From: a virus
Taxonomy: Duplodnaviria; Caudoviricetes
Strand: one strand, 5' to 3'
IMG/VR virus record: IMGVR_UViG_3300031716_000024
Span: 1 to 39,932 of that record
Length of the DNA stretch: 39,932 nucleotides
How positions within the stretch are numbered: the first letter of the stretch is position 1; each line of letters begins with the position of its first letter. The notes beneath the pieces were generated by a model, which saw only the letters and a list, made by a program, of their open reading frames with translations, was not told the origin of the DNA and did no database searches. Both the position numbers and the translations under genes were made by a program. Of the stretch, positions 18,055-27,735 are shown piece by piece.

Positions 18055-19722
18055 ATGCAAATTCAAGAAAAAGAAACAAAATCAGTCTCTGCCCCGCGTG
18101 TTGACCAGCTGATTGAGCAGTACCAGCAAGGTCTTGGGGGTCGTAAGAATTTCGAAAGTTATTGGCAATCCCTTCACGATTATTTTTACATCGAAGCCCA
18201 AGATGTAAATAAGACTTACGCTTCAGGTAATGAACTTGACCCCTCTTATCTTTGGGATTCCACCACATTAGAATCTGCTGACGTATTTGCTTCCGGGTTC
18301 ATGAATTATCTGACTCCTCCCACTTCAAAATGGTTCAGATTACGGCATAAAGATCCAAAACTCGCTGACAATAAAGCGGTAGGTAATTTCTTAGAAGATG
18401 TGGCCGCTGAGGTCAATTCCACGATTAACCGCTCGAATTTCTATGACCAGATGTTTCCGAGCTATAAATCAAGCGGTGTATTTGGAACTAGCCTTATTTT
18501 TGAAGAAGAAGATATTTACGATGATGCGCGGTTTTACAATATGCCGCTCAAACAAGTAGTGATTGTAGAAGATGCAAAAGGCAGGGCCAGGGAATATTAC
18601 ATCGAGTTTGAATATACCGCATTACAAGCCGCAACAAGATGGGGTGAAGATAAACTTTCCAGTGAACTCCAAGAAGAATTAAAAGGCCGAAGTTCGGACA
18701 AAAAACACAAATTTTTGCTTTATATCGGTAAACGGGAAATGCGCGAAATCCAAAAATCAGACGCAAAGAATATGCCGATTGAAGCGGTGTGGATTGATTT
18801 AAAAGGCCGAATGACGATGGAAGAAGGCGGCTACAACGAATTTCCCGCTATGGTTCACCGATTTGATAAACGGCCTACGATTGTGTGGGGATTTAGCCCG
18901 GCCATGAAAGCATTACCATTTGCACGGATTTTAAACACAATCGCAAAAACAAATCTCAGAAGTATGATGAAACACACTGACCCCGCAATTGCAGTTCCGG
19001 ACAATGCATTTATTGCGCCCTTCAACATGAATCCACGCGCAGTTAACGCGTACCGGAAAGATATGATGAGCGGAAAAGACATCTTTGCATTTGGAAATTT
19101 CGGAGATCCGCAAGTGGGCCTAAACGCAATTGAGCTTTATTCTCATAAAGTTAAAGCGCTCATGTACAACGATATTTTTCTTGCCTTTAATAACATTTCA
19201 AAAGAAATGAACAATCCCGAAGTCATGGAACGAATTAACGAAAAAATGACCATGCTCGGACCTGCCGTGGGCAGATATTTGGCTGAGGTACTAAACCCAA
19301 TAGTCCAGCGCACGATAGGCATCCTTTGGCGCAAAGGAAGGTTACCTCAGCCACCAGATGAACTGAGATCTAATCCTGAATATGAGATTGATTTTGTTGG
19401 GACGCTTGCGCAGGCACAACGTCGTTCTGAACTAAACACGCTTATTACCGGGCTTGGAATGGTTGGTCAAATGGCCCAATACTCACCGGACGTTCTTGAC
19501 AAAATTAATCCAGATAAAGTGGTGGATGAAGTTTGGAGTATTACAGGGGCTCCAATTCATACCTTGCGAGATGATTCGGAGATTTCGAAGATTCGTGAAG
19601 GCCGTGCTCAAAACGCTGCGAAACAGGCGCAAATGCAACAAATTATTGCTGGTGCATCAGCGGCTAAAGATGCTGGCGCAGCAACTGCTGGCTTTGCAAA
19701 AGCCGGACAAACGAATAAATGA
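18055..19722 (+). CDS. Portal (head-tail connector), T7 gp8/BPP-1 type
   Basis: 555 aa; WF.L, G.SPAM.ALP, EVMER..EK...LGP..GR...E.L.P. Confidence 0.92.
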   Translation: MQIQEKETKSVSAPRVDQLIEQYQQGLGGRKNFESYWQSLHDYFYIEAQDVNKTYASGNELDPSYLWDSTTLESADVFASGFMNYLTPPTSKWFRLRHKDPKLADNKAVGNFLEDVAAEVNSTINRSNFYDQMFPSYKSSGVFGTSLIFEEEDIYDDARFYNMPLKQVVIVEDAKGRAREYYIEFEYTALQAATRWGEDKLSSELQEELKGRSSDKKHKFLLYIGKREMREIQKSDAKNMPIEAVWIDLKGRMTMEEGGYNEFPAMVHRFDKRPTIVWGFSPAMKALPFARILNTIAKTNLRSMMKHTDPAIAVPDNAFIAPFNMNPRAVNAYRKDMMSGKDIFAFGNFGDPQVGLNAIELYSHKVKALMYNDIFLAFNNISKEMNNPEVMERINEKMTMLGPAVGRYLAEVLNPIVQRTIGILWRKGRLPQPPDELRSNPEYEIDFVGTLAQAQRRSELNTLITGLGMVGQMAQYSPDVLDKINPDKVVDEVWSITGAPIHTLRDDSEISKIREGRAQNAAKQAQMQQIIAGASAAKDAGAATAGFAKAGQTNK

Positions 19723-19970
19723 TTGATTTAAGACGGCTTGATCAAATTAAGAATGTTCAGGCTGTGCTCCGAACAACATTTGGATCTGATTCCGGAAAAG
19801 AAGTGATGCGGTTCCTCGAACAGATTTGCGGATGGTTTGATTTTAATGAAACAGATAAAGACGCGATATTAATTGCGCATGGAAAAAGACAAGTTTTAGC
19901 AACGCTTAAAACCTTACTTGAATATAAACCTGAAGAAATAATGGCAATCGCCAAACAAAAGGAGCTTTAA
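19719..19970 (+). CDS. Bbp19-like small protein
   Basis: TFGSDSGKEV...GKRQV; lies between portal and scaffold. Confidence 0.65.
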   Translation: MIDLRRLDQIKNVQAVLRTTFGSDSGKEVMRFLEQICGWFDFNETDKDAILIAHGKRQVLATLKTLLEYKPEEIMAIAKQKEL

Positions 19971-19971
19971 A

Positions 19972-20847
19972 ATGTCGGATAATCCAGCACCCACAACGAC
20001 TGTGGATAATACTGCGACCCAAACGCAAGCAGCACCAGCTTCAACCCCTGCAGCTACGCCCGATTCGTTTAGTTGGAAGAATCAGTTAGCGCCTGACTTT
20101 GCAAATAGTCCAACGATGCAGAAATTCTCTGATGATAAATCAGGGTTTAACGAAGCCGTTAAAAGCCATTTGTCTCTTGAACAGCTTTTAGGGCATGAGA
20201 AAGTTCCAGTTCCAAAAGGTCCGGAAGATACCGAAGGTTGGAACCGGTTTGCAAAAGCAATGGGTGTTCCTGATAAAGCAGATGGTTACGCGCTTCCCGA
20301 TGCTCAAGTTCCGGACAACATGAAAGCGTTGCAATTTAATAAACAAGAGTTTGCTGAAATGGCGCACGCTCTTAAATTTACTCCGGGCCAAACAAAAGCT
20401 TTGTGGGACACATATACCGCAAAAGCTATGGATTCATACGGAAAAGCTTTGAAAGCACATGAAGCAAAAATGACCGATGTGGTTAATCGCTTACGTGGTG
20501 AATGGGGAGATTCCTATGATACCAATGTAGAACTTGGACAAATGGTGATTAATAAGTTTTCAGGAGATAAAGAAACTAACGATTTCGTGACTTCTGTTTT
20601 ATCTCAAGATCCACGCGGAATTAAATTCCTGAAAGCATTAGGCGATCAATTCGCTGAAAATAGATTACCTGAATTTTCAATTAAACGCTTTTCGCTGAGT
20701 CCCGATCAAGCGCAAGCTGAAATTGATGAAATTGTTAATGATCCAAATCATCCATATAACAATGATAAAGCAAGTCCGGCTGAACGCCAGAAAGCCATTG
20801 ATTATGTGAATGGTTTGTATGCAGCAAAGAACAAAGCAAGAGGATAA
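19972..20847 (+). CDS. Capsid assembly scaffolding protein
   Basis: Low-complexity N-terminus, G.P....Y, LRGEWG..YD; directly upstream of the capsid gene. Confidence 0.8.
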   Translation: MSDNPAPTTTVDNTATQTQAAPASTPAATPDSFSWKNQLAPDFANSPTMQKFSDDKSGFNEAVKSHLSLEQLLGHEKVPVPKGPEDTEGWNRFAKAMGVPDKADGYALPDAQVPDNMKALQFNKQEFAEMAHALKFTPGQTKALWDTYTAKAMDSYGKALKAHEAKMTDVVNRLRGEWGDSYDTNVELGQMVINKFSGDKETNDFVTSVLSQDPRGIKFLKALGDQFAENRLPEFSIKRFSLSPDQAQAEIDEIVNDPNHPYNNDKASPAERQKAIDYVNGLYAAKNKARG

Positions 20848-21001
20848 GCTTTCAGCCCCTTTTGATTTGTAAGAAGTAGCGGACAAGCCTATACAGCCCC
20901 GCAAAAACTGAAAGCGTAAGATGCGACCCTCTATAGGAGGACAATCAATTCCCAAGCGAATTAATTGATTGTTCAACTTAAAGTAAAAAGAGAGGGCCAT
21001 C
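20838..21001 (+). promoter_or_regulatory. Structured 5' leader of the major capsid gene
   Basis: Three GG-AYAA/C-CC hairpins plus alternative helices covering the RBS. Confidence 0.55.
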
Positions 21002-21877
21002 ATGGCTGATACACAAAATACAGTATACGCCCAAGCGTATGCGCGTAACGTAATGCAACTTGCGCAGCAGAAATATTCAAAGCTGATGCCTATTTGCTAC
21101 GTGAAACCAAACGTAACGGCAAAAGTTTTCTACCAAGACCAAATCGGACAATGGTCGATGTCTGCAAAAGCAGGTCGAAATGTCCAAACCCCGAATAACG
21201 ATCCAAACTTAGCCCGTCGTATGGCAACGATGGTTGATTATCACGATGCACGTTTGCTTGACCGTGGTGATGAACTTCGTATGTTATCTGACCCGCGTTC
21301 TGCTTATACGATCGCTGCAGCTTCTTCGCTTGGCCGCCAGATTGACCAAGTGATCGCTTCTGCAATTGTCGGAACAGCAAATTACGGTGAAACTGGATCT
21401 TCAACGGTAACACTCGGAACAGATCTTATTTCCGGTATTTCCCATATCGCAGGAACGCCTTCAACGCTGACCCTTGCGCGTTTGACGCTGGCAAAACAAA
21501 TCCTGGATTTGGAAGATGTTGAAAATGAAGATCGTTTTATTGTCATCAGCCCGTATGGTTTACAGCAATTGCTGAATACCACGCAGATCACCAATGCTGA
21601 TTACAACAGTGTTAAAACACTCGTTCAAGGCCAGATTGATACCTTCCTTGGATTTAAATTCATCGTATCAAATCAGCTTTCAACTTCCGGAACCACAACC
21701 ACATGCTTTGCAATGCAGCGTTACGGTATTGCTTTGGCAATGAGTGCGGAACCAATGGTTAGAACTGATGAACGTAATGATTTGAGCTATTCATGGCAAG
21801 TTTATTATGAATTAAACATCGGCGCAGTTCGTTTGGAAGAAAAACGGGTTGTAAAACTCGATGTGAATACAGCGTAG
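21002..21877 (+). CDS. Major capsid protein
   Basis: QQKYSKL, GRQIDQVI, FLGFKFIVSNQL, GAVRLEEKRVV; position after the scaffold. Confidence 0.92.
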   Translation: MADTQNTVYAQAYARNVMQLAQQKYSKLMPICYVKPNVTAKVFYQDQIGQWSMSAKAGRNVQTPNNDPNLARRMATMVDYHDARLLDRGDELRMLSDPRSAYTIAAASSLGRQIDQVIASAIVGTANYGETGSSTVTLGTDLISGISHIAGTPSTLTLARLTLAKQILDLEDVENEDRFIVISPYGLQQLLNTTQITNADYNSVKTLVQGQIDTFLGFKFIVSNQLSTSGTTTTCFAMQRYGIALAMSAEPMVRTDERNDLSYSWQVYYELNIGAVRLEEKRVVKLDVNTA

Positions 21878-21913
21878 TCATTATTTTAATCATACTCTCT
21901 AAAGGAGAATTTT

Positions 21914-22411
21914 ATGGCAACTTCAGCAATTAATGCAGCAAACGTAACAAAATATGCGGCAGGTGGAAGCGGGGACAATTACATTCCAGATGGCTATATT
22001 AAGACAGTCGAAAAAGTCTGGCTTGATAATTACACCATCGCTTTTACTGGTACAAACGCAACAATAACGATTGCAACACTTTCCCCAAACAAGAAATTGA
22101 CGGGGATTGATATTTTAATCGTTACTTCAGTGACTCAATCAAGTGGAACAGTTGGACTTGGCTGGGCAAGTGAAGCTGATGCGGCCGCATGGGGATCAAT
22201 AATGACCGAAACAAACATTACTCACAACAACACGGTAACGACAATTTCATTACCGTTTGGAATTATTAACAATCTTAATTCAGCAAATGGCTTTATTAAG
22301 ATTGGTGGGTATCAGGCTGTTGCGGCCGGAACTCAGGTTTCAATTGCGCTTAAATTAAACAATTGGACCATGACAACGGGAACCATTAAATCCTCAGTGC
22401 GTTACACATAA
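21914..22411 (+). CDS. Putative capsid decoration/cement protein, paralog 1
   Basis: Strong RBS after the capsid gene; beta-rich; paralog of the next gene. Confidence 0.6.
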   Translation: MATSAINAANVTKYAAGGSGDNYIPDGYIKTVEKVWLDNYTIAFTGTNATITIATLSPNKKLTGIDILIVTSVTQSSGTVGLGWASEADAAAWGSIMTETNITHNNTVTTISLPFGIINNLNSANGFIKIGGYQAVAAGTQVSIALKLNNWTMTTGTIKSSVRYT

Positions 22412-22467
22412 TTTAAATATTATTTGGCGGTGGGTAACTGCCCCCATTTTCTCTAAAGGAGATTTAT

Positions 22468-22998
22468 ATGTCCGTTACATCAACAGTATCAACATCATCG
22501 GCAAATTTAACTAAATATTATGCGGGTGGATCAGGAGATAACTATATTCCTGACGGTTATATCAAGACAGTTGAAAAGATTTGGATGGATAGCTACACAA
22601 TAGCTTTCACCAATACCAATACAACTATCCAGATTGCCGAACTTCCCCCAAATAAGAAAATCGTTAGTATCAATGTTGAAATCGCTACTAGCACTTCGCA
22701 ATCCAGTGGAACGGTTAGTATTGGGTATTCAGTTGATGCTACTGATTGTTTAGCGACTACAGGAGTTTCTAATTTCTTAGCCCCAACGACTTTGACTCAC
22801 AATCTTACTCGGACAAGTATTGCACTTCCCGGGCCAGGTTTGATTCAATCCCCAACGTCCACAAGTACAACTGTGGCAGTGGGCGTGCTTGGAGGCTTTG
22901 AAGGAGTAACAGCTGGAACGCAAACAACAATAGCAATTAAGTTAAATAATTGGACGATGACAACCGGTACTATTAAAACAGTAGTTCGTTATACATAA
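22468..22998 (+). CDS. Putative capsid decoration/cement protein, paralog 2
   Basis: Shares GGSGDNYIPDGYIKTVEK and KLNNWTMTTGTIK with paralog 1. Confidence 0.6.
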   Translation: MSVTSTVSTSSANLTKYYAGGSGDNYIPDGYIKTVEKIWMDSYTIAFTNTNTTIQIAELPPNKKIVSINVEIATSTSQSSGTVSIGYSVDATDCLATTGVSNFLAPTTLTHNLTRTSIALPGPGLIQSPTSTSTTVAVGVLGGFEGVTAGTQTTIAIKLNNWTMTTGTIKTVVRYT

Positions 22999-23004
22999 TA
23001 AATT

Positions 23005-23033
23005 GGGGCAGGGGAAACTCTGCCCCTTTTTTT
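23005..23033 (+). terminator. Rho-independent terminator after the capsid/decoration genes
   Basis: GGGGCAGGG-GAAA-CTCTGCCCC followed by T7. Confidence 0.9.
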
Positions 23034-23043
23034 AAGGTGAATT

Positions 23044-23652
23044 ATGTCCACATATTCAACTCTTTCAATTCTAAATAATGCGCTTACACTATGCGGCGCA
23101 TCTCCGGTTACTTCTTTAACTGAAGATAGCGTGAATGCTCGCGCCTTAAATGCGGTATTTGAAATTGCACGAAAAGATATTCTTGCTGAATGCAAATGGA
23201 ACTTTTCAACCACTCGCTCCACTCTTTCAACTGTTGCGAGTACAACAATTGCATGGTTTTATACGGAAGAAGCATACGTTTATTCACGGCCCACGGACGC
23301 GCTAAGGATTTGGGAAGTAAGCAATCAATGTTCTATTTGGCGCGAAGAAGGCGATTATATTGTTTCCGATACTGCCGGTCTTGGAGTTAAATACACCTGG
23401 GATCAAACCGATGTTTCCAAATTCCCGTCTTATTTCGTATCCGCCTTTATTGATAAACTTTGTTCAGACATTTGTTTCACTATTTTAAATTCAGTTCCAA
23501 AAGCAGAATCTTTCTTGGCTAAATACCTGAAAGTTTCATTACCAAAAGCAAAATCTGAAAATTCGCAAATTGGAACACAACAACAGGTTAGGGATGATGA
23601 TTGGGTGGGGACTAAATTTGCAAATGGAAACCCTGCGCGTTCCTATAGTTAA
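23044..23652 (+). CDS. Tail tubular protein A / adaptor (T7 gp11-like)
   Basis: I.N.AL..G, W.FS..R..L, Y..P.D.LR, F...F...L. Confidence 0.85.
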   Translation: MSTYSTLSILNNALTLCGASPVTSLTEDSVNARALNAVFEIARKDILAECKWNFSTTRSTLSTVASTTIAWFYTEEAYVYSRPTDALRIWEVSNQCSIWREEGDYIVSDTAGLGVKYTWDQTDVSKFPSYFVSAFIDKLCSDICFTILNSVPKAESFLAKYLKVSLPKAKSENSQIGTQQQVRDDDWVGTKFANGNPARSYS

Positions 23653-23654
23653 AG

Positions 23655-26600
23655 ATGCCCAAAGTAGATATTATTCAGACAAGTTTTGCTGGTGGAGAAT
23701 TTGGGCCATCTCTTTATGGACGAAGTGATATTGCTCAGTATGCTAATGCGTGCGCAATTGTAGAAAATTTTATCCCACGTTCTTATGGCCCAGCTATTTC
23801 AACTCCTGGAACAAGATATGTTGCAACGGTCAGTGATTCCACTTTAAGAACCCGTATTATCCCGTTTATTTTTAATAAAGCGGATTCTTACATTATTGAA
23901 ATGGGGGATATGTACATGCGGTTTTTCACAAACCGCGGCCAGGTGGTTACCAAAACTGGAACTGAAGATTTGTCTGCGTTTAGTGCTAATTTAAAAGCGC
24001 ATTGGAAATGTAATGATAATACCAATTCCACCACTGTTTTAGATGCGACAGCCTCACACAATGGGACAGCTTCCACTCTTACCCAATCATTAAGCACAAC
24101 CGCAATCGTCACAAATGGTTTTAATTTAAATGGCCGGTATCACATTTCTGTTGCTGATCACGCTGATTTCACGCGCACAGCTTCTTCTCAGCCAATGACA
24201 ATTGCAGGCTGGTTTTATTATGATAAAAATGGCGCGGATCAATGTTTATTTTCAAAGTCAGGGGAATATGAACTATCCATAAACTCCTCTGATGAAATGT
24301 CTTTTATCACACAATCAGGGACAGGGGATGTGAAACTCCTTCTTCATTGCGATGGGGCCGACGCATCAACAACATTCACTGATTCTTCACCGTCCTCAAA
24401 TACTGTTACTGCAAATGGAAATGCTCAAATTGATACTGCTGATTATGTTTTTGGAACTGGATCTGGGCTTTTTGATGGATCTGGAGATTATCTCAGCATT
24501 CCAGATAGTGCTGATTGGAATTTCGGAACCGGGGATTTTACGATTGATTGCCGCGTTAAATTTAATTCCTTATCAGACGGGGATTGTATTGTCGCGCAGT
24601 TTCAGGACGGCTCCCATTACTGGCAGTTAATTTATGATAGTGGAAATTTAAAATTTCAATCTGAAAATGGATCTGGATTTACACACAATATTGCGAATGC
24701 CTGGACTCCTTCAACTGGTGTTTGGTATCACATTGCATTAGTAAGTTCTTCCAATAACTTTATGATGTTTATAAATGGGATGCAAATTGGATCAACTTCT
24801 TTAAATGCAAGCGGAATTGCTGATTTCGCGGGATCTCTTTATATTGCTTACAACGGAACAATTGCCGGCAGCGCGCTTGATGGCTGGATTGATGAATTTC
24901 GGATCATCAAAGGAACAGCGGTTTGGACAAGTAATTTCGCGCCTTCAGATACACCCTATCAAAGCGCAGTAACAAACTCATGGAAAGTAAATGATAACAT
25001 TCCAAAAGGCTGGAATTTTGTTGCAGTTGTTTTTAAAGGAACCGGCGCTTCAAGTTCTGATTTCAAAATCTATATTGATGGCGTGTTAAAAAATCTTACT
25101 TTTACGTCTGATCCAAGTTTTGTCAAAATGTCTGATACTTCATCTTCTTTTAGGATCGGAACAACTTCTTCGGCCGGCGCAAAAAACTGGAAAAGTAAAA
25201 TTGATGATATTGCTTTTATTCATCAGGAATTAACTGCAGCTAACATATTGTCTTTATATTCCACTTCTGCTTATCAGATAACCACTGTTTTTACAGAAAG
25301 CGAAATCTTTGATGTTCAGTTCTCCCAATTAAATGATGTGGTTTATCTTTCTCATCCAAATCATCCACCCCAAAAATTAATCAGAACTTCTTCTAATGAA
25401 TGGTCAATAGCAAACTTTGCATTTAAAGGCGGCCCGTTTTTAGATGATAATAAAGATACCACGATCACGATCACACCATCGGCAACCACTGGCACAATTA
25501 ATATTACAGTAAGTCCCACGACCACCAGCCTTTTTACTTTATCAACAGGAACATTAGGCCATGTTAATTCATACTGGAAAATTGGAGGGCTTGCGCAAAC
25601 AAACGCAACCACCGGGCTTCAGGAAGAAGGATATGTTCAAATTACAAATGTGGTTAATTCTTATACGGCCACAGCCACAGTAATTAAGAATTTAAAGGCA
25701 ACGACAGCTACAAGCACATGGGCTGAAGGCGCGTGGAGCGCTGTCAGAGGTTATCCTGCGCGCATTACACTTCACGAACGCAGGCTTTGGTTTGCGCGAA
25801 CTGATTATGAACCTCAAAAAATTTGGGGATCAAAAACATTTGTCTTTGATGATTATTCGCTTGATACACAAGCGGATGATGATGGGCTCAATTTAGCTCT
25901 TGCCTCAAATGAGTCAAATGAAATCCAATGGCTTGCTTCAGGGAAATCTTTAATTGCAGGAACATTTGGTGGCGCATTTGTGATTAATTCAAAATCAACT
26001 GATCCTATCACCCCTAATAATGCCAATGCTTCGGAAGAAGTAGGATATGGCCCTGCTTCTATTATGCCTAAAAGAATTGGGAATTTTATTTATTATCTCG
26101 AAAGATTTGCAAAAAAAATTAGAGAAATGTTTTATTTCTGGGATCTTGATACGTACAAAGCAATAGACCGCACGATTCTTTCTCCTCATATTCTTGGGGA
26201 CGGGGTTGTTGATATGGACGCGGCTAAAAATCCAGAAACCATTATTTATTGCGTCTTAACAAGCGGAACACTTGCAACACTTACCCGGGAAGTGGATCAA
26301 GAAATGACGGCCTGGGCGCGCCAAACCACAAATGGAACCTATTCTTCAATCGCAATTATCCCTTCTCAAACCGCTGAATATGATGAAGCGTGGGTGATTG
26401 TGGAAAGATGGGTTGGTGGAAATCAGAAAAGATATATTGAATATTTTGAAACCATAGAAATTCCAAATAGACAGGATCAGTGTCTTTATCTCCACTGCGC
26501 GCTTACGTATGACGCTTATGTTTCTACCTCAACCTCAAACTGCACAATTTCACTTTCAGGGACAAGCGGATCAGTCACGGTTACATCATCAACCGCTTAT

Positions 26601-27236
26601 TTCGCCGGTAGTCAAATTGGAAAAAGGTTAAGAGCAATTGACGCAAGTGGAACTACTTTGGGAGAAGGCCAAATTACCGGAACAAATTCAACCACAAGTA
26701 TTACGCTTAGTATTACAACCACTTTTAATTCACTTGCTTATATTGCCGGGCGCTGGGGCATTTCGGTTTCCACGATTTCAGGACTCGGTCATTTAGAAAC
26801 AAAAACAGTTGGGATTTTGGCGGACGGAAATACGGAGTCTCTTACCAGGACTGTTGCATCCGGATCGATCACTTTAGGAAGTAATTATTTCGTAATAAAT
26901 GCAGGGCTTTCTTATAACCAACTTATTTACACCCTTCCAAAAGAAGCCGGGAGTCAGCGCGGAACAAGTCAAGGAAAAGTCCAAAGATTTAATGAAGTTG
27001 CATTTAAGGTAAATCGGTCCACTCAAAATTTCTATTATGGCCCAGATGCCAGCAATCTTGATTTGGTCAGCGTGGCCATTACTCCATCTGTTTCAACTTT
27101 ATACACCGGCGTTCTCGCTCCTTTGGGATTTAGAGGCGGTTACGCACGTGGCGCGCAAGTTTATATTAAGAACTCAAATCCATTACCAATTGAACTTTTA
27201 AATGTTATTGGAACTTTAGAAACGTACGATAAATGA
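23655..27236 (+). CDS. Tail tubular protein B / nozzle (T7 gp12-like) with inserted LamG domains
   Basis: QTSFAGGE.GP.L.GR.D, PGTRYV, GYP......RLWF, AWARQ, GLGHLE, PLP.ELL. Confidence 0.88.
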   Translation: MPKVDIIQTSFAGGEFGPSLYGRSDIAQYANACAIVENFIPRSYGPAISTPGTRYVATVSDSTLRTRIIPFIFNKADSYIIEMGDMYMRFFTNRGQVVTKTGTEDLSAFSANLKAHWKCNDNTNSTTVLDATASHNGTASTLTQSLSTTAIVTNGFNLNGRYHISVADHADFTRTASSQPMTIAGWFYYDKNGADQCLFSKSGEYELSINSSDEMSFITQSGTGDVKLLLHCDGADASTTFTDSSPSSNTVTANGNAQIDTADYVFGTGSGLFDGSGDYLSIPDSADWNFGTGDFTIDCRVKFNSLSDGDCIVAQFQDGSHYWQLIYDSGNLKFQSENGSGFTHNIANAWTPSTGVWYHIALVSSSNNFMMFINGMQIGSTSLNASGIADFAGSLYIAYNGTIAGSALDGWIDEFRIIKGTAVWTSNFAPSDTPYQSAVTNSWKVNDNIPKGWNFVAVVFKGTGASSSDFKIYIDGVLKNLTFTSDPSFVKMSDTSSSFRIGTTSSAGAKNWKSKIDDIAFIHQELTAANILSLYSTSAYQITTVFTESEIFDVQFSQLNDVVYLSHPNHPPQKLIRTSSNEWSIANFAFKGGPFLDDNKDTTITITPSATTGTINITVSPTTTSLFTLSTGTLGHVNSYWKIGGLAQTNATTGLQEEGYVQITNVVNSYTATATVIKNLKATTATSTWAEGAWSAVRGYPARITLHERRLWFARTDYEPQKIWGSKTFVFDDYSLDTQADDDGLNLALASNESNEIQWLASGKSLIAGTFGGAFVINSKSTDPITPNNANASEEVGYGPASIMPKRIGNFIYYLERFAKKIREMFYFWDLDTYKAIDRTILSPHILGDGVVDMDAAKNPETIIYCVLTSGTLATLTREVDQEMTAWARQTTNGTYSSIAIIPSQTAEYDEAWVIVERWVGGNQKRYIEYFETIEIPNRQDQCLYLHCALTYDAYVSTSTSNCTISLSGTSGSVTVTSSTAYFAGSQIGKRLRAIDASGTTLGEGQITGTNSTTSITLSITTTFNSLAYIAGRWGISVSTISGLGHLETKTVGILADGNTESLTRTVASGSITLGSNYFVINAGLSYNQLIYTLPKEAGSQRGTSQGKVQRFNEVAFKVNRSTQNFYYGPDASNLDLVSVAITPSVSTLYTGVLAPLGFRGGYARGAQVYIKNSNPLPIELLNVIGTLETYDK

Positions 27237-27243
27237 GGAATTT

Positions 27244-27735
27244 ATGGGATTAGGAACAGCGGCAATAGCAGGTTTAGGGATTGCCACAGCGGCAACTCAA
27301 GCAGGGGCCGGCAACCTGCAAGCAAAAAATCTTAAAAAAGCCGGGGAATTTAATGCTCAAGTGTATGAACAGCAATCCTCCATGATTTTAGAACAAAAAA
27401 AACTTGAGGAATACCAATATAACCGCGCTGCGGCCAAAACAAGAGGCGCGATTGTTTCAAGAACTGCCGGCGCAGGATTCCAATTCTCCGGATCTCCGGT
27501 TGCCATTGCAATTGATTCTGAAATCCAAATTCAATTTGATAAAGCGATTGCGGATTACAATTCAACGATTCAATCCAATTACGCGAAATCAGGAGCTATT
27601 TATATGAGAAATACCGCCACTCAACAGGCCAATCTTGCTGAGTTTACAGGCTATTCAAATGCCTTTTCTTCTTTATTAGGAACAGCATCTTCAATTGGAA
27701 AACTAAGCCTTCCCACAAGAGCGAGGACACCATAA
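27244..27735 (+). CDS. Internal virion protein (T7 gp14-like)
   Basis: A/G-rich N-terminus, helical body, AG...SGSP; follows the nozzle gene. Confidence 0.65.
   Translation: MGLGTAAIAGLGIATAATQAGAGNLQAKNLKKAGEFNAQVYEQQSSMILEQKKLEEYQYNRAAAKTRGAIVSRTAGAGFQFSGSPVAIAIDSEIQIQFDKAIADYNSTIQSNYAKSGAIYMRNTATQQANLAEFTGYSNAFSSLLGTASSIGKLSLPTRARTP

Noticed and set aside
17972-18112. 46-aa ORF overlapping the portal start, with TACATAAA repeats
   Set aside because: Low-complexity sequence with no motif; may be only a translational-coupling spacer.
21875-21914. Capsid read-through or frameshift extension, as in T7 10B
   Set aside because: An in-frame TAA follows the TAG within four codons, no slippery site is evident, and the next gene has its own strong RBS.
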